Assembly (NCBI GenBank): GCA_963716175.1
Contig: OY970296.1
Location: forward strand, 2,432,001 to 2,496,000
Reading direction: 5' to 3'
From: an uncultured Armatimonadetes bacterium
GTDB lineage: Bacteria; Armatimonadota; Hebobacteria; Hebobacterales; Hebobacteraceae
Length of the DNA: 64,000 bases
The notes beneath the pieces are model-generated. The model had not been told where the DNA came from, did not search any database, and saw only the letters and a program-made list of their open reading frames with translations. This document shows positions 10,052 through 22,096 of the stretch, piece by piece. How positions within the stretch are numbered: position 1 is the first letter of the stretch; each line of letters begins with the position of its first letter. Made by a program: the position numbers and the translations under genes.

Positions 10052-11822
10052 GTGGCGCAGGTGGCGGAGAGATCACAGGTGGGCGGCATCATCGGGGAAC
10101 TGCAGGGCAAGTTCGGCGAGGCCGAGATCACTCCTCAGCCCACGCAGGATGGAATCCCCACTGCCTGGGTCTTGCCCGCGCGGCTGCGTGATGTGCTCAC
10201 CTATCTCAAGCGCGAGGTCTCGAATCCCTATCGCACGCTCTACGATCTGACTGCCGTAGATGAGCGGGCGCGTCTGGAGACGCCGCCAGAGCAGCCGGCC
10301 TGCGACTTCAGCGTGGTCTACCACTTGCTCTCCTATGACCGGAATGAGGACGTGCGCGTGAAAGTGCCGCTCTCTGGCGACGGAGCCAATCTGCCCACCA
10401 TTACCGACCTCTGGCCCGCCGCGAACTGGTACGAGCGGGAGGTGTGGGATATGTTCGGGCTGCGCTTCGAGGACCACCCCTTCCTGGAGCGCATCCTCAT
10501 GCCCCGCTGGTGGCAGGGGCATCCGCTGCGCAAGGAGCATCCCGCCCGCGCCACCGAGATGGAACCCTACCAGCTGCCGCAGTGGCGAGTGGAAGAGGAA
10601 GAGGCCGAGCTGCAGTTCCACCCCGAGCGCTACGGCCTGCCGGCCGCCGGCGAGCACTCGGATTACATGTTCCTCAACCTGGGGCCGCACCATCCCGGGA
10701 CTCATGGCCTGCTCCGCATCGTGCTCCGCCTCGAAGGGGAGGAGATCCTCGATGCTCTGCCCGACATCGGCTATCACCACCGGGGTGTGGAGAAGATGGC
10801 GGAGCGCCAGACCTACCACACCTTCATCCCCTATACCGATCGCGTGGATTATCTCGCCGGCGTGCAGAACAACCTTCCCTACCTGCTGGCCGTGGAGAAG
10901 CTCGCTGGCATCGAGGTGCCTCTGCGGGCGCAGGTGATCCGGGTGATGACCTGCGAGCTGTTCCGCATCATCAGCCACCTGGTATGGCTGGGGACCTTCG
11001 GCGCGGATGTCGGTTCCATGTCGCCGGTGTTCTTCACCTTCTCCAGACCGGGAAGAGGCCCTCTACCTGATCGAGGCCATCTGCGGGGGGCGCATGCACC
11101 CGCAGTGGTTCCGCATTGGCGGCGTGGCCGAGGACCTGCCCAAGGGCTGGAAGCCCCTGGTGGACGAGTTTGTGCGCCGTTTCCGCCCCCGCATAGACGA
11201 GTACGAGAAAATGCTGGTGCACAACGCCATCTTCAAGGGCCGCACCGTCGGGGTGGGTCCCTACAGTCAGGAGGAGGCGGTGGAGTGGGGGGTCACCGGC
11301 CCCAATCTACGCGCCACCGGAATCGCATGGGACTTCCGGAAGAAGCGACCCTACTCCGGCTACGAGCAGTTCGACTTCGAGATCCCCACCGCCGACTCCG
11401 GGGATTGCTTCGGCCGCTCCCTGGTGCGGATGGAGGAGATGCGCCAGAGCCTCCGCATCGTCGCGCAGGCCGCCGACAACATGCCCGAGGGCAAGTACAA
11501 GAGCGACCATCCGCTCTCCATGCCGCCCCGAAAAGAGGGCACGATGGTGGCCATCGAGACCCTGATCCGCCATTTCCTGGCGGTGACCTGGGGCTTTCCC
11601 ATGCCCGTGGGCGAGGCCCACGCTGGCACGGAGGCACCCAAGGGCAACAACGGCTACTACGTCATCAGCGATGGCGGCAATCATCCCTATCGCCTGCGCA
11701 TTCGCACCCCGTCTTTCCCGCACCTGCAGACCTTGCCGCTGCTGTGCCGGGGGTTCATGATCTCCGATCTGCTGGCCATCCTGGGCAGCATAGATTTCGT
11801 CTTGGGCGATGTTGACAGATGA
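10052..11822 (+). CDS. nuoCD: NADH-quinone oxidoreductase fused subunit C/D (frameshift near 11045)
   Basis: [36 protein letters not shown] in one frame; [22 protein letters not shown] in the next; removing the A at 11045 restores FTFSDREEA. Confidence 0.93.
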
Positions 11823-11893
11823 TGTGGTCGCAGGGTGGGCGTGCTCACACCCGCCGGCAGAGCGCGGACGGGACAGCAAGTGGAGACAATGCC

Positions 11894-12370
11894 GTGCTGA
11901 CCGAAGACGAGAAACGTGAGATCGCACAGGAGGTGGGCCGCAGCCATGACCCCCGGGCGGCCTGCATTGGAGCGCTCCGCATCGTGCAGGCCCACCGCGG
12001 CTGGGTCTCCGATGAGTCCCTGGACGACGTCGCAGCCCTGCTCGGCATGAGCGCGAGCGAGTTGGAGGGGGTGGCCACGTTCTACAACCTGGTCTTCCGC
12101 CATCCCCTCGGCAAGCACGTTCTCAAGGTCTGCGACGGCGCGGTGTGCTGGATGCTGGGCGGGCAGACGCTGATGGAGTATCTGGAGCAGAAGCTGGGCG
12201 TGAGAGCGGGCGGCACCAGCGACGACGGCGTCTTCACCTTGCTGCCGATCTGCTGCGTGGGCGATTGCGACCACGCCCCGGTGATGATGGTGGACAGCAC
12301 CATGATACGCAACCTGACCCCGCAAGTGGTGGACGAAGTGCTGGCGCGCTACCGGGCGCAGGTGGGGTAG
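11894..12370 (+). CDS. nuoE: NADH-quinone oxidoreductase subunit E
   Basis: GVATFY, CDGAVC and CCVGDC 2Fe-2S ligands; GTG start after GGAG. Confidence 0.93.
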   Translation: MLTEDEKREIAQEVGRSHDPRAACIGALRIVQAHRGWVSDESLDDVAALLGMSASELEGVATFYNLVFRHPLGKHVLKVCDGAVCWMLGGQTLMEYLEQKLGVRAGGTSDDGVFTLLPICCVGDCDHAPVMMVDSTMIRNLTPQVVDEVLARYRAQVG

Positions 12371-12373
12371 ACC

Positions 12374-13657
12374 ATGGAGCCGGTCCTCTCCAAACACATC
12401 AGACCCGGCGGCCCGCCCACCAGTCTGCGGGAGTATGAAGCCGGGGGTGGATACCAGGCCCTGCGCCAGGCGCTCCGCCGGCACACGCCGGCCGAAGTGG
12501 TCCAGCTCGTCTTCGACTCCGGGCTCAGGGGCCGGGGAGGAGCCGGGTTTCCTACCGGTCAGAAGTGGAAGAATCTCCCTCCGCTCGAGACCTCGGAGAA
12601 GCCGCGCATCCTCATCGCCAACCTGGACGAGATGGAGCCGGGTACCTTTAAGGACCGGTTCCTGGTGGGGGGCGATCCCCATCATTTGATCGAGGGAATG
12701 GTGATCGCCTCCTACGCCTGCCAGGCCGAGCTGGGCTACATCTTCGTGCGCGCTGAGTACCTGGACCCAGTCGCCCACACCCTGGAGCGCGCGCTGGCGG
12801 AGGCGCGGCAGGCCGGCTATGTGGGCCGCAACTTCCTCGGTTCGGGGCTCAACTTCGAGCTTCACCTCCACATCAGCGCTGGCCGCTACATGTGCGGCGA
12901 GGCCATGGGCATTCTCAACGCCATGGAGGGCAAGCGCGCCATCCCTCGCACCAAGCCCCCCTACGAAGTCACCTCCGGGGCCTGGGGGAGACCCACCGTG
13001 GTCAACAACGTGGAGACGCTCTGCTGCGTCCCCCACATCGTCGCCCGCGGGCCGGAGTGGTTCCGCGGGCTGGGGAAAGCCAAGGACTCGGGCCCGAAGA
13101 TCTATGGGGTGAGCGGACGCGTGAAGCGGCCGGGGTCTTACGAGCTGCCCATGGGCACCACTCTGCGGGAGCTCCTGGAAGAGCACGCTGGAGGCATGCT
13201 CGACGGCTACCAGTTCAAGGCCGCGCTGCCCGGAGGCGCCTCTACCATGTTTCTGAACGTTTCGGAGATGGATGTGCCCTTGGACTTCGAGTCCCTCAAG
13301 GAGATTGGCTGCTACTTTGGGACCGGCACCGCCATCATCGTTGATGACAGCACCTGCATCGTCGGGTTGGAGCACAACCTGCAGCAGTTCTACGCCCGGG
13401 AGTCCTGTGGCTGGTGCACCCCCTGCCGCGACGGTCTGCCTTGGCTGCTGCAGTTGCTGGCCGAGATCGAGGAGGGCCGAGGCCGCAACGGCGACTTGGA
13501 GCTGCTCATGGAGCTGAGCCGCAGTATCCAGGGCAACACCTTCTGCGCGCTGGCATTGGGGGCCGTGGTTTCCGTTGAGAGCGGCCTCAGGAAGTTCCGG
13601 GGCGATTATGAGGAGCACCTGCGCCAGGGCTGCTGTCCCTGGAAGGACCGTCACTGA
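12374..13657 (+). CDS. nuoF: NADH-quinone oxidoreductase subunit F
   Basis: LRGRGGAGFPTG, DEMEPGTFKDR, YMCGE, ESCGWCTPCRDG, TFCAL. Confidence 0.96.
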   Translation: MEPVLSKHIRPGGPPTSLREYEAGGGYQALRQALRRHTPAEVVQLVFDSGLRGRGGAGFPTGQKWKNLPPLETSEKPRILIANLDEMEPGTFKDRFLVGGDPHHLIEGMVIASYACQAELGYIFVRAEYLDPVAHTLERALAEARQAGYVGRNFLGSGLNFELHLHISAGRYMCGEAMGILNAMEGKRAIPRTKPPYEVTSGAWGRPTVVNNVETLCCVPHIVARGPEWFRGLGKAKDSGPKIYGVSGRVKRPGSYELPMGTTLRELLEEHAGGMLDGYQFKAALPGGASTMFLNVSEMDVPLDFESLKEIGCYFGTGTAIIVDDSTCIVGLEHNLQQFYARESCGWCTPCRDGLPWLLQLLAEIEEGRGRNGDLELLMELSRSIQGNTFCALALGAVVSVESGLRKFRGDYEEHLRQGCCPWKDRH

Positions 13658-13659
13658 CC

Positions 13660-16340
13660 ATGCCCACCATTCACGTTGATGGCAAGGCCTACCAGGTGCC
13701 AGCGGACAGGGATCTGCTCTCCGTGCTGATAGAGGCCGGGCTTGACTTGCCCTACTTCTGCTGGCACCCGGCGATCGGGTCGGTGGGCGCGTGTCGCCAG
13801 TGCGCGGTGAAGGTGTACCACGACGAATCGGACCAGCGCGGCCGGATCGTGATGGCCTGCATGACACCGGTCAGCGATGGGCTGCGCCTCTCGATCAACG
13901 ATCCCGAGGTCACGGCCTTCCGACAGCGGGTGATCGAGTGGCTGATGGTCAACCATCCCCACGACTGCCCGGTCTGCGACGAGGGGGGAGAATGCCACCT
14001 CCAGGACATGACCGTGATGACCGGCCACGTCTACCGCCGCTATCGCGGGCGCAAGCGCACCTATCACAATCAGGACCTGGGCCCGTTCCTCAACCACGAG
14101 ATGAACCGCTGCATCCAGTGCTATCGCTGCCTGCGGTTCTATCGCGACTACGCCGGCGGCCGGGACTTCGATGTCTTCGCCCTGAAGAACCACGTCTACT
14201 TCGGCCGCCACCAGGAGGGAGTGCTGGAATCGGAGTTTTCCGGCAACCTGATCGAGATCTGCCCCACAGGCGTGTTCACTGACAAGACCCTGAAGCGCCA
14301 CTACATCCGCAAGTGGGATCTGGAGACCGCTTCGTCTGTCTGCGTCCACTGCGGCCTGGGCTGCAACATCATCCCCGGTGCCCGGTACGACATGCTGCGG
14401 CGCATCCAGCCCCGTTACCACCCCGAGATCAACCGCTACTTCATCTGCGACCGGGGCCGCTTCGGCTATGAGTTCGTCAACGACCCCGCACGCCTGCGCC
14501 AGCCCCTGGCCGGCCGAGGGCGGCAGCAGCCAGTCTCCTGGCCGGAGGCGATGCGCACCGCGTCGGAGGCCTTGCGCCGGTGCCGCCGCGTGCTGGGCAT
14601 TGGTTCGGCCCGCGCCGCCCTGGAGGCCAACTACGCGCTCCAGGCCCTGGTGGGAGAAGACGCCTTCTCTCCCGGAGTGTCAGCCTGGGATCACGCTGGC
14701 GTGGGGCTGGCCTTGCGCATCTTGCGAGAGGGGCCAGCGCGCTCGGCCCCGCTGGCCGAAGCGGAATCCGCTGACGTCATCTTCGTGCTCGGCGCCGACC
14801 CCACCAACGAGGCCCCGATGCTCGATCTGGCGATTCGCCAGGCCGTGCATCAGGCGCGACTGGACCTGTCCCGCCGGCAGGGCATCCCGGACTGGAACGA
14901 CTACGCGGTGCGCAACGCCCTGCAGCAGGAGCGGGGGCAGCTCTACCTGGCGGCGGCCGCGCCCATGAAGCTGGAGGCCATCGCCACTGAGAGCTGGCGC
15001 GCGGCCCCGCCGGAGTTGGCCGCCCTCGGCTATGCGGTGGCGAAAGCGGTGGAGGGGACGCCCCGAATGAGCAGCTTCTGGCCGGCCGCATTGCGCGGGC
15101 GCTGAGCGCGGCGAGGCAGCCGCTCGTGGTGGCGAGCGCTGCTGGCGGCCCAGACTTGCTGCAAGCGGCAGCCGGCGTCGCCCATGCGCTCTCCCTCTCC
15201 CGGGAGAACCCCTGCCTGCTCACCATCCTGGTGCCGGAGTGCAACTCGATGGGCGCCGCCCTGTTGGGCGGGCGGAGCGTGGACGATGTTCTCGACGAGA
15301 TCGAATCCGGCCGCGCGGATGGGCTCGTGGTGCTGGAGAATGATCTTTTCCGCCGCGCCTCCTCCTCACGGGTGGAGCGCGCCCTCCGCGCTGTGAGCTA
15401 CTTACTGGTTATTGATCATCTCCCGAACAATACCACCGCGGCCGCCGACCTGGTCTTGCCCGCGGCCGCCTTCGCGGAAGCGACCGGGACCCTGGTGAAC
15501 AACGAGGGCCGGGCTCAGCGCTGCTACCAGGTGTTCGTGCCCCCACCCGAGCCGCGCCCCTCCTGGCGAATCCTGCGGGACCTGCTCGAGGACCGACGGC
15601 CGGGAGCCGCGCCCTGGCGCACGGTGGAGGATGTCCTGCACGCGCTGGCGCGGGACCATCCCCATCTCGCCGGGATCCTGGACGCAGCGCCTCCAGCCTC
15701 CTGGCGCGATCGCGTTGGGTCGAAGGTGGCGAGGGAACACCACCGGAACAGCGGCCGCGCCGCGAAGGACGCGGATCGCACCATCTTCGAGCCACAGCCT
15801 GCCGCGGACGCCCAGTCTCCATTCGCCTTCACCATGGAGGGGGCCCAGGCCGAGCCGCCGCCCGCGCTCATCCCTCGCTACTGGTATCCCGGGTGGAATT
15901 CGATTCAGGCCTTGTACCGTTCTCAGTTCGAGTCCGGGCGGCTCCCGCGCGATGCCAACCCAGGCAAGCGATTGCTGGGAACGGCGGCAGGGACAACGGC
16001 GCGATTTCCAGGTCCAACGCTAGAGCAGCCACTTGCGCCCGGTGAGGTCTGGCTGGTGCCGCAGGCCGCCATCTTCGGTTCGGAGGAGCTTTCTCGGTGG
16101 GCCCCGGGGATCGCCTCCCTGATAGCGCCGGCCGCAGTGCGCCTCCATCCGGAAGACGCAGCCAGGTTGTCGCTCGCCGACGGCGACCAGGTCTGTCTCA
16201 GGGTCGGCAATGATGAGTACTCGCTGCCGGCTCGTCTCGATGCTGGGCTGGCCCGCGGTGTGGCGGTCGTGCCCGCTGGCTACCCGGAAACGCAAGGCCT
16301 CGTTGGCATCGCTCGCGCCAGGGTTGGGAAGACCCCATGA
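13660..16340 (+). CDS. nuoG: NADH-quinone oxidoreductase subunit G (frameshift near 15055)
   Basis: PYFCWHP, GACRQC, HPHDCPVCDEGGEC, RCIQCYRC, CVHCGLGC; the ORF at 15126 continues the molybdopterin-like fold; one G missing in the GGGG run at 15054-15057. Confidence 0.92.
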
Positions 16341-17281
16341 GCTGGATCGGGACCGTCATCGAGGTGGTGGTGATCCTGCTGGTTCTACTGAACCTCCCGT
16401 TCGGCCTCATCTGGGCCGAGCGGCGGCTGCTGGGCGGCTTCCAGGATCGCTATGGCCCCAACCGGGTCGGGCCGCAGGGCCTGCTCCAGCCGCTGGCGGA
16501 CGCGCTCAAGCTGATGATGAAAGAGGACTGGGTGCCATCGTTCGCCGACCGCTTCGTGTTCATCGTGGCCCCGGCGATCGTGGTGGTCACGGTGCTGCTG
16601 GTGTTCGGCACCATCCCGTTCAGCGCGCGTATCCGCGTCAGCGACCTCAGCATCGGCTTGCTCTTCTTCCTGGCCATGGCCTCGCTGGGCGTCTACAGCA
16701 TCGTGCTCGCCGGCTGGTCATCTAACAGCAAGTACTCGCTGGTCGGGGGCCTGCGCGCGGCCGCGCAGATGATCAGCTACGAGCTGCCCATGGGGCTGTC
16801 CGTGGTTGGCGTGGCCATGCTGGCAGGGTCGTTCCGCCTGGGCGACATTGTGGAAGCGCAGCGTCCCCTCTGGTTCTGCATCACCCAGCCCGTGGGGTTG
16901 GTCATCTTCCTCATCGCCACCCTCGCCGAGGCCCGTCGCATCCCCTTCGACCTGCCCGAGGCGGACAGCGAGCTGGTCAGCGGGTACCACACCGAGTACT
17001 CCAGCATGAAGTTCGCCCTTTTCTACCTCGGCGAGTACCTCGACATTACTTTGGTGGGCTGCATGACCACCGTGCTGTTCCTGGGTGGATGGCATGGACC
17101 TTGGCTGCCCGGGCTGATCTGGTTCGCGCTCAAGGTGGGAGCGGTGATCATCCTCTTCATCTGGGTGCGCAGCGTGCTTCCGCGCTTCCGCTTCGATCAG
17201 CTCATGGACTTCGGCTGGAAGGTGCTCCTGCCAGTCTCCCTCCTGAACATCCTGGTAACCGGCTGTCTCGCCCTGCCGTAG
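16337..17281 (+). CDS. nuoH: NADH-quinone oxidoreductase subunit H
   Basis: ERR..G.FQDRYGPNRVGP, ISYE, PFDLPEA.SELV.GY.TEYS, PRFRFDQ. Confidence 0.96.
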   Translation: MSWIGTVIEVVVILLVLLNLPFGLIWAERRLLGGFQDRYGPNRVGPQGLLQPLADALKLMMKEDWVPSFADRFVFIVAPAIVVVTVLLVFGTIPFSARIRVSDLSIGLLFFLAMASLGVYSIVLAGWSSNSKYSLVGGLRAAAQMISYELPMGLSVVGVAMLAGSFRLGDIVEAQRPLWFCITQPVGLVIFLIATLAEARRIPFDLPEADSELVSGYHTEYSSMKFALFYLGEYLDITLVGCMTTVLFLGGWHGPWLPGLIWFALKVGAVIILFIWVRSVLPRFRFDQLMDFGWKVLLPVSLLNILVTGCLALP

Positions 17282-17289
17282 AGCGGGCT

Positions 17290-17317
17290 GTAGGGCGGGC
17301 GTGCCTATGCCCGCCGC
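17290..17317 (+). repeat. GTAG-type REP (family 3) between nuoH and nuoI
   Basis: GTAGGGCGGGCGTGCCTATGCCCGCCGC. Confidence 0.7.
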
Positions 17318-17332
17318 AAGGAGAACGGAGCG

Positions 17333-17848
17333 GTGTGGTCAACACTGCGAACACTGTGGCTGGTGTTCTTGCATCTCTTCCGGAGGCGCGTCACCGTGCA
17401 GTATCCGGAGGAGAGGCCGGCGATCCCGCCCCGCTGGCGGGGCCGGATCATCCTGTCGCGCGACCCGGATGGGCAGGAGCGCTGCGTGGCCTGCTATCTC
17501 TGCTCGGCGGTCTGTCCGGTGGACTGCATCGCGCTCCAGGCCACAGAGGATGAGTCCGGCCGCCGCTATCCCGAGTGGTTCCGCATCAATTTCTCGCGCT
17601 GCATCTTCTGTGGCTTTTGCGAGGAGGCTTGCCCCACTTATGCCATCCAGCTAACCTCCGACTTCGAGATGGGCGAGTATGATCGCAGCAAGCTGGTCTA
17701 TGAGAAGGAGCACCTGCTGATCAGCGGGATGGGGAAGTACCCCGGGTACAACTTCTACCGCCAGGCCGGCGTCGCCATCGAGGGCAAGGATAAGGGGGAG
17801 GCCGTGGACGAGTACCCACCCGTGGACCTCAAGGAGCTGCTGCCGTGA
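17333..17848 (+). CDS. nuoI: NADH-quinone oxidoreductase subunit I
   Basis: [31 protein letters not shown]. Confidence 0.96.
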   Translation: MWSTLRTLWLVFLHLFRRRVTVQYPEERPAIPPRWRGRIILSRDPDGQERCVACYLCSAVCPVDCIALQATEDESGRRYPEWFRINFSRCIFCGFCEEACPTYAIQLTSDFEMGEYDRSKLVYEKEHLLISGMGKYPGYNFYRQAGVAIEGKDKGEAVDEYPPVDLKELLP

Positions 17849-18381
17849 ACCTGGTCTGCTATGCTGGCTGCGGCGCGGCCGTGCTCTCCGCGGTTATGGT
17901 CATCACGGAGCGGAACGCCATGCACGCGCTGCTCAACCTGATCCTGATGCTGCTCGCGTTGGGGCTGGTGTTCTTCACCCTGGGCGCGCCCTTCATCGCC
18001 GTGCTCCAGGTGGTGATCTACGCCGGCGCCATCATGGTGCTGTTTGTCTTCGTAGTTATGATGCTGAACCTGGGCCCGCCCGGTGAACGCCAGGAGCGGC
18101 GCTGGCTAGGGGCCGGCGTCTGGGGCGTTCCCATCGTCCTCACCGCGATGCTGTTGGCGCTGTCCGTCTACGCCCTGGTCAGTGCTGGCGGCGTCAGTGC
18201 TCCGGCCGGCGTGGTCAGCCCCAAGCAGGTGGGGCTATCGCTGTACCGCGAGTACGTGCTGGCGGTGGAGCTGGCCTCTCTGCTGCTGGTGGCCGGCCTG
18301 GTGGGCGCATTTCATCTGGCACCGCCCATCCGGCCGCAGACAGGCCCATCTTCCGATTCGGAGACGACCGCCCATGACTGA
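17845..18381 (+). CDS. nuoJ: NADH-quinone oxidoreductase subunit J
   Basis: [17 protein letters not shown]; operon position. Confidence 0.94.
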   Translation: MNLVCYAGCGAAVLSAVMVITERNAMHALLNLILMLLALGLVFFTLGAPFIAVLQVVIYAGAIMVLFVFVVMMLNLGPPGERQERRWLGAGVWGVPIVLTAMLLALSVYALVSAGGVSAPAGVVSPKQVGLSLYREYVLAVELASLLLVAGLVGAFHLAPPIRPQTGPSSDSETTAHD

Positions 18382-18691
18382 AGTAGCCACCATTCCCACC
18401 GCCGGGCTCCTGGGTGTCGCCCTGCTGCTCTTTCTCCTGGGTCTGCTGGGCGTGATGATCCGGCGCGACCTGCTGTTCGTGCTGATGTCCCTGGAGATCA
18501 TGCTCAATGCCTCTGCCCTGGCCTTCGTCGCGGCTGCCGCCAGGTGGCGGCAGCCCGATGGGCAGGTGATGGTAGTGTTCATCCTGGTGGCGGCTGCCGC
18601 CGAGGTCGGGGTTGGGCTCTCCCTGGTGCTACGTCTTTACCATCGGTTCACCACCGTGGATGGTGACGCCATCAGCCTGATGCGAGGTTAG
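18374..18691 (+). CDS. nuoK: NADH-quinone oxidoreductase subunit K
   Basis: [22 protein letters not shown]. Confidence 0.94.
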   Translation: MTEVATIPTAGLLGVALLLFLLGLLGVMIRRDLLFVLMSLEIMLNASALAFVAAAARWRQPDGQVMVVFILVAAAAEVGVGLSLVLRLYHRFTTVDGDAISLMRG

Positions 18692-18697
18692 ACGGCG

Positions 18698-20566
18698 ATG
18701 CACTGGCTCTGGTTGGTGCCGGCTCTGCCCCTGGCGGGGGCGCTCTTGCTGGCGATCATCGGTGGCCTCATGCCCCGGCGGCTGGCCGGGGCCATCGGGT
18801 GCGCCTCCGTCGGCCTTTCCTGGCTTGCGAGCCTGTGGGTGGCAGCCGCTTACCTCACCCAGCCACCGGCCGGCGGGGCCTTCCGACAGCTGCTCTTCTC
18901 ATGGATCGAGGTGAGTTCTCTCCGTGTTCCTCTGGGCCTGTACCTGGATCAGCTTTCCCTGGTGATGCTGGTGACGATCACCTTCGTCAGCTTTCTCATC
19001 CACCTCTATTCCTTCGAGTTCATGAGCCGGGATGCCGACTACAGCCTCTTCTTCTGCTACCTGAACCTGTTCGTGGGCTCCATGCTCATTCTGGTCCTGG
19101 GCGACAGCCTGCTCTCGCTCTATCTCGGCTGGGAGGGCGTGGGCCTCTGCTCTTACCTGCTGATCGGATTCTGGCATCGGGACCGGAAGAATGGCCTCGC
19201 TGCCCAGAAGGCCTTCATCGTCACCCGCATCGGGGACACCTCGCTTGCGATCGGCCTCTTCCTGCTGTTCTGGCAGCTCCACACCCTCGACATCCAGCAG
19301 GCGATGACTTCGGTTCCGGCCGGCGCGTTGGCCACGGCCGCCGCCCTGCTCCTGCTCGGGGGTGCGGTGGGCAAGTCGGCGCAGATCCCCCTCCACACCT
19401 GGCTGCCTGACGCCATGGCCGGCCCCACCCCGGTCAGCGCTCTGATCCATGCGGCTACCATGGTGACCGCGGGCGTCTACCTGGTGGCCCGCACCCACCT
19501 GCTCTTCCGCGCCGCTCCGCTGGCGATGCCAGTGGTCGCGATTGTCGGCGCCGCTACCTTGCTCTATGCCGCCTGCAGTGCCTTGGCTCAGCGCGATATC
19601 AAGCGGGTGCTAGCTTATTCGACTATCAGCCAGATCGGCTATATGTTTCTCGCCCTCGGCGTGGGGGCCTGGTCTGCCGCCATCTTCCACTTCATGACTC
19701 ATGCCTTCTTCAAGGCCTTGCTCTTTCTCTCCGCGGGTATCGTCATCCAGGCGATGGGGGAGGAGCACGATATCTATCGCATGGGCGGCCTCTTCCGCAG
19801 GCTGCCCTGGGCGGCCTGGACCTTCCTCATCGGCGCCGCCTCCCTTTCCGCGCTGCCGCTGGTGACTGCTGGCTTCTACAGCAAAGATGCTATTATCTGG
19901 GCGAGCTGGGCCTCGCCGCGGGGTTCGCCTCTGCTCTGGGCGGTGGCCCTGTTCGCCAGTCTGCTCACCGGGGTCTACATCTTCCGGGTCTTCTTCCTGG
20001 TCTTCTTTGGGGCGCAGCAGAAGGAGGTGGAGAGGGCGCCGGGGCCTCTCATGAAGCTGGCGGTGGCGGCGCTCGCCTTCTTCTCGCTGACCGCCGGGTT
20101 TCTCGGAATGCCACCTGTCCTTGGAGGCTATCAGCCGCTCAGTCGCCTGCTCGCTCCCGCTCTGGGCTCTGTGGCCTTGCTGCAACCCTCCCGGGAAGGG
20201 GCGTTCCTCGCCATCTCCGCGGTGGAGACCCTGGTCGGGATTGGGCTGGGCTACCTCTTCTTCCTAAGACTCCGGGCCTGGCTGCCGGCCTTTGTCCGCA
20301 CCCCGAGTTACGACGCCGCGCGGCGATTCCTGCTCGCCGGGTGGGGGTTCGACTGGTGCTACGACCGGCTCATCGGGCGGCCGTACCTCCTCCTGTCGCG
20401 GCTGAATCGCGGCGACATGGTGGACCTGTTCTACACCGGTGTGGCCTTCCTGGCCTGGGGCGCGAATCGCCTGCTCTCGGCCACCGAGTCGGGCCGGGTC
20501 CGCAACTACGCCACCGGCCTGCTGTTGGGAGCAGTGCTGGTCACCTTCATCCTGCTCTTGCGGTAG
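18698..20566 (+). CDS. nuoL: NADH-quinone oxidoreductase subunit L
   Basis: GWEGVGLCSYLLIGFW, GKSAQIPLHTWLPDAMAGPTPVSALIHAATMV, HAFFKALLF. Confidence 0.96.
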   Translation: MHWLWLVPALPLAGALLLAIIGGLMPRRLAGAIGCASVGLSWLASLWVAAAYLTQPPAGGAFRQLLFSWIEVSSLRVPLGLYLDQLSLVMLVTITFVSFLIHLYSFEFMSRDADYSLFFCYLNLFVGSMLILVLGDSLLSLYLGWEGVGLCSYLLIGFWHRDRKNGLAAQKAFIVTRIGDTSLAIGLFLLFWQLHTLDIQQAMTSVPAGALATAAALLLLGGAVGKSAQIPLHTWLPDAMAGPTPVSALIHAATMVTAGVYLVARTHLLFRAAPLAMPVVAIVGAATLLYAACSALAQRDIKRVLAYSTISQIGYMFLALGVGAWSAAIFHFMTHAFFKALLFLSAGIVIQAMGEEHDIYRMGGLFRRLPWAAWTFLIGAASLSALPLVTAGFYSKDAIIWASWASPRGSPLLWAVALFASLLTGVYIFRVFFLVFFGAQQKEVERAPGPLMKLAVAALAFFSLTAGFLGMPPVLGGYQPLSRLLAPALGSVALLQPSREGAFLAISAVETLVGIGLGYLFFLRLRAWLPAFVRTPSYDAARRFLLAGWGFDWCYDRLIGRPYLLLSRLNRGDMVDLFYTGVAFLAWGANRLLSATESGRVRNYATGLLLGAVLVTFILLLR

Positions 20567-20580
20567 AGATAGGGATTCGT

Positions 20581-22095
20581 ATGGTGCTAACCTGGCTGAT
20601 TGCGATCCCGTTCCTGGGTGGGCTCATTGCCTGGGCCAGCGCTCGGCGCCCTGGCCTGGCGCGGTGGGTAGCTCTGGCGGCCTGTGCGCTTCAGCTTCTG
20701 TGCGCCGTCACGTGTTGGGTGGAGGCCGCCTCCTCCTCGCACTCCGGCCCGGCCTTCCTGGAGCAGCGCGCGGCCTGGATCCCGGCCTTTGGCGTCAGCT
20801 ATCACTTGGCGATGGATGGGCTCAGCTTCCTCCTGGTGCTGCTGACAGGACTGCTCGGCATGGTTGCAGTGGCCAGCTCCTGGCGGGAGGTCTCCTCCCG
20901 CGTGGGCGCATTCCATTTCTCTCTGCTCGCCGTAGTCACTGGGGTCACCGGCGTTTTCCTCGCCCGGGATCTGCTGCTCTTTTACTTCTTCTGGGAGCTG
21001 ATGCTGGTCCCGATGTACTTCCTCATCGGCCTCTGGGGACACGAACGGCGGATGTATGCCTCCGTGAAGTTCTTCATCTTCACTTTCGTGGGCAGCTTGC
21101 TCATGCTGGCCGCCATCCTGGGCCTGGTCTTCCTGCACGCGCGCGCCACTTCGGTGCTCACCTTCGATCTCCCCGCCCTACTCGGGACCCGGCTCTCGCC
21201 CTCCGCCGCGGCCTGGCTGATGCTGGGCTTCTTCCTGGCTTTTGCGGTGAAGCTGCCCGCGGTTCCGCTGCATCCCTGGCTGGCCGATGCTCACACCGAG
21301 GCCCCCACCGGGGGCAGCGTCTTGCTCGCCGGGCTCCTGCTGAAGACCGGCGCCTACGGCATGCTGCGCTTCGGCATCCCTCTCTTCCCCCAGGCCTCGC
21401 TCGCCTTCGCGCCCATCGCCTGTCTTCTGGGCGTGATCGGCATCCTCTACGGCGCAGTGCTGGCCTTTGCCCAGACCGACCTCAAGCGCATGGTCGCTTA
21501 CAGCAGCATCAGCCACATGGGATTCGTGCTGCTGGGGGCCTATGCGGGGACCGAGCTGGCGCTGCAGGGCGCGGTGATGCAGATCATCTGCCACGGCGTG
21601 AGCACGGGCGCGCTCTTCGTGCTGGCCGGCCTCATCCAGGAGCGCTGCCACACCCGCGACCTGGCGCGGCTGGGCGGCCTCTGGCAGACTTCGCCCCGCC
21701 TGGGTGGTTTCACCATGTTCTTCGCTCTCGCCGCTCTCGGTCTGCCTGGGATGGGCAACTTCGTGGCCGAGTTCCTGGTGCTGCTCGGCGCCTTTCAGCT
21801 CTTCCCGGTGCTGGCGATGGTGGGCGCGGGCGGCTTCATCCTGTCCACGGTCTACGCACTCCGCCTGGTGCAGGAGTCAGTGCACGGGCCGAACCGAGGA
21901 CTCTGGCACCTGCCCGATCTGTCAGCACGAGAGCTGACAACGCTGGGAGTGCTCGCACTCATCATCCTGTGGCTCGGCTTCTGGCCCCGCCCGGTGTTCC
22001 GGATCGCCCATCCCTCGTTGGCGCAGGCGGCACGCGCGGTCTCCGGCTCGGTGGTGATGGCTACCGGGGCCGCTGGGCCGGGAGAGGAGCGGTAG
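20581..22095 (+). CDS. nuoM: NADH-quinone oxidoreductase subunit M
   Basis: FFWELMLVPMY, KLP..PLHPWL.DAHTEAPTGGS, AYSSISHMG. Confidence 0.95.
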   Translation: MVLTWLIAIPFLGGLIAWASARRPGLARWVALAACALQLLCAVTCWVEAASSSHSGPAFLEQRAAWIPAFGVSYHLAMDGLSFLLVLLTGLLGMVAVASSWREVSSRVGAFHFSLLAVVTGVTGVFLARDLLLFYFFWELMLVPMYFLIGLWGHERRMYASVKFFIFTFVGSLLMLAAILGLVFLHARATSVLTFDLPALLGTRLSPSAAAWLMLGFFLAFAVKLPAVPLHPWLADAHTEAPTGGSVLLAGLLLKTGAYGMLRFGIPLFPQASLAFAPIACLLGVIGILYGAVLAFAQTDLKRMVAYSSISHMGFVLLGAYAGTELALQGAVMQIICHGVSTGALFVLAGLIQERCHTRDLARLGGLWQTSPRLGGFTMFFALAALGLPGMGNFVAEFLVLLGAFQLFPVLAMVGAGGFILSTVYALRLVQESVHGPNRGLWHLPDLSARELTTLGVLALIILWLGFWPRPVFRIAHPSLAQAARAVSGSVVMATGAAGPGEER

Positions 22096-22096
22096 C

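Noticed and set aside
11040-11050. Programmed frameshift in nuoCD
   Set aside because: No slippery site; a single extra base with the same signature as the RDD indel favours sequencing error.
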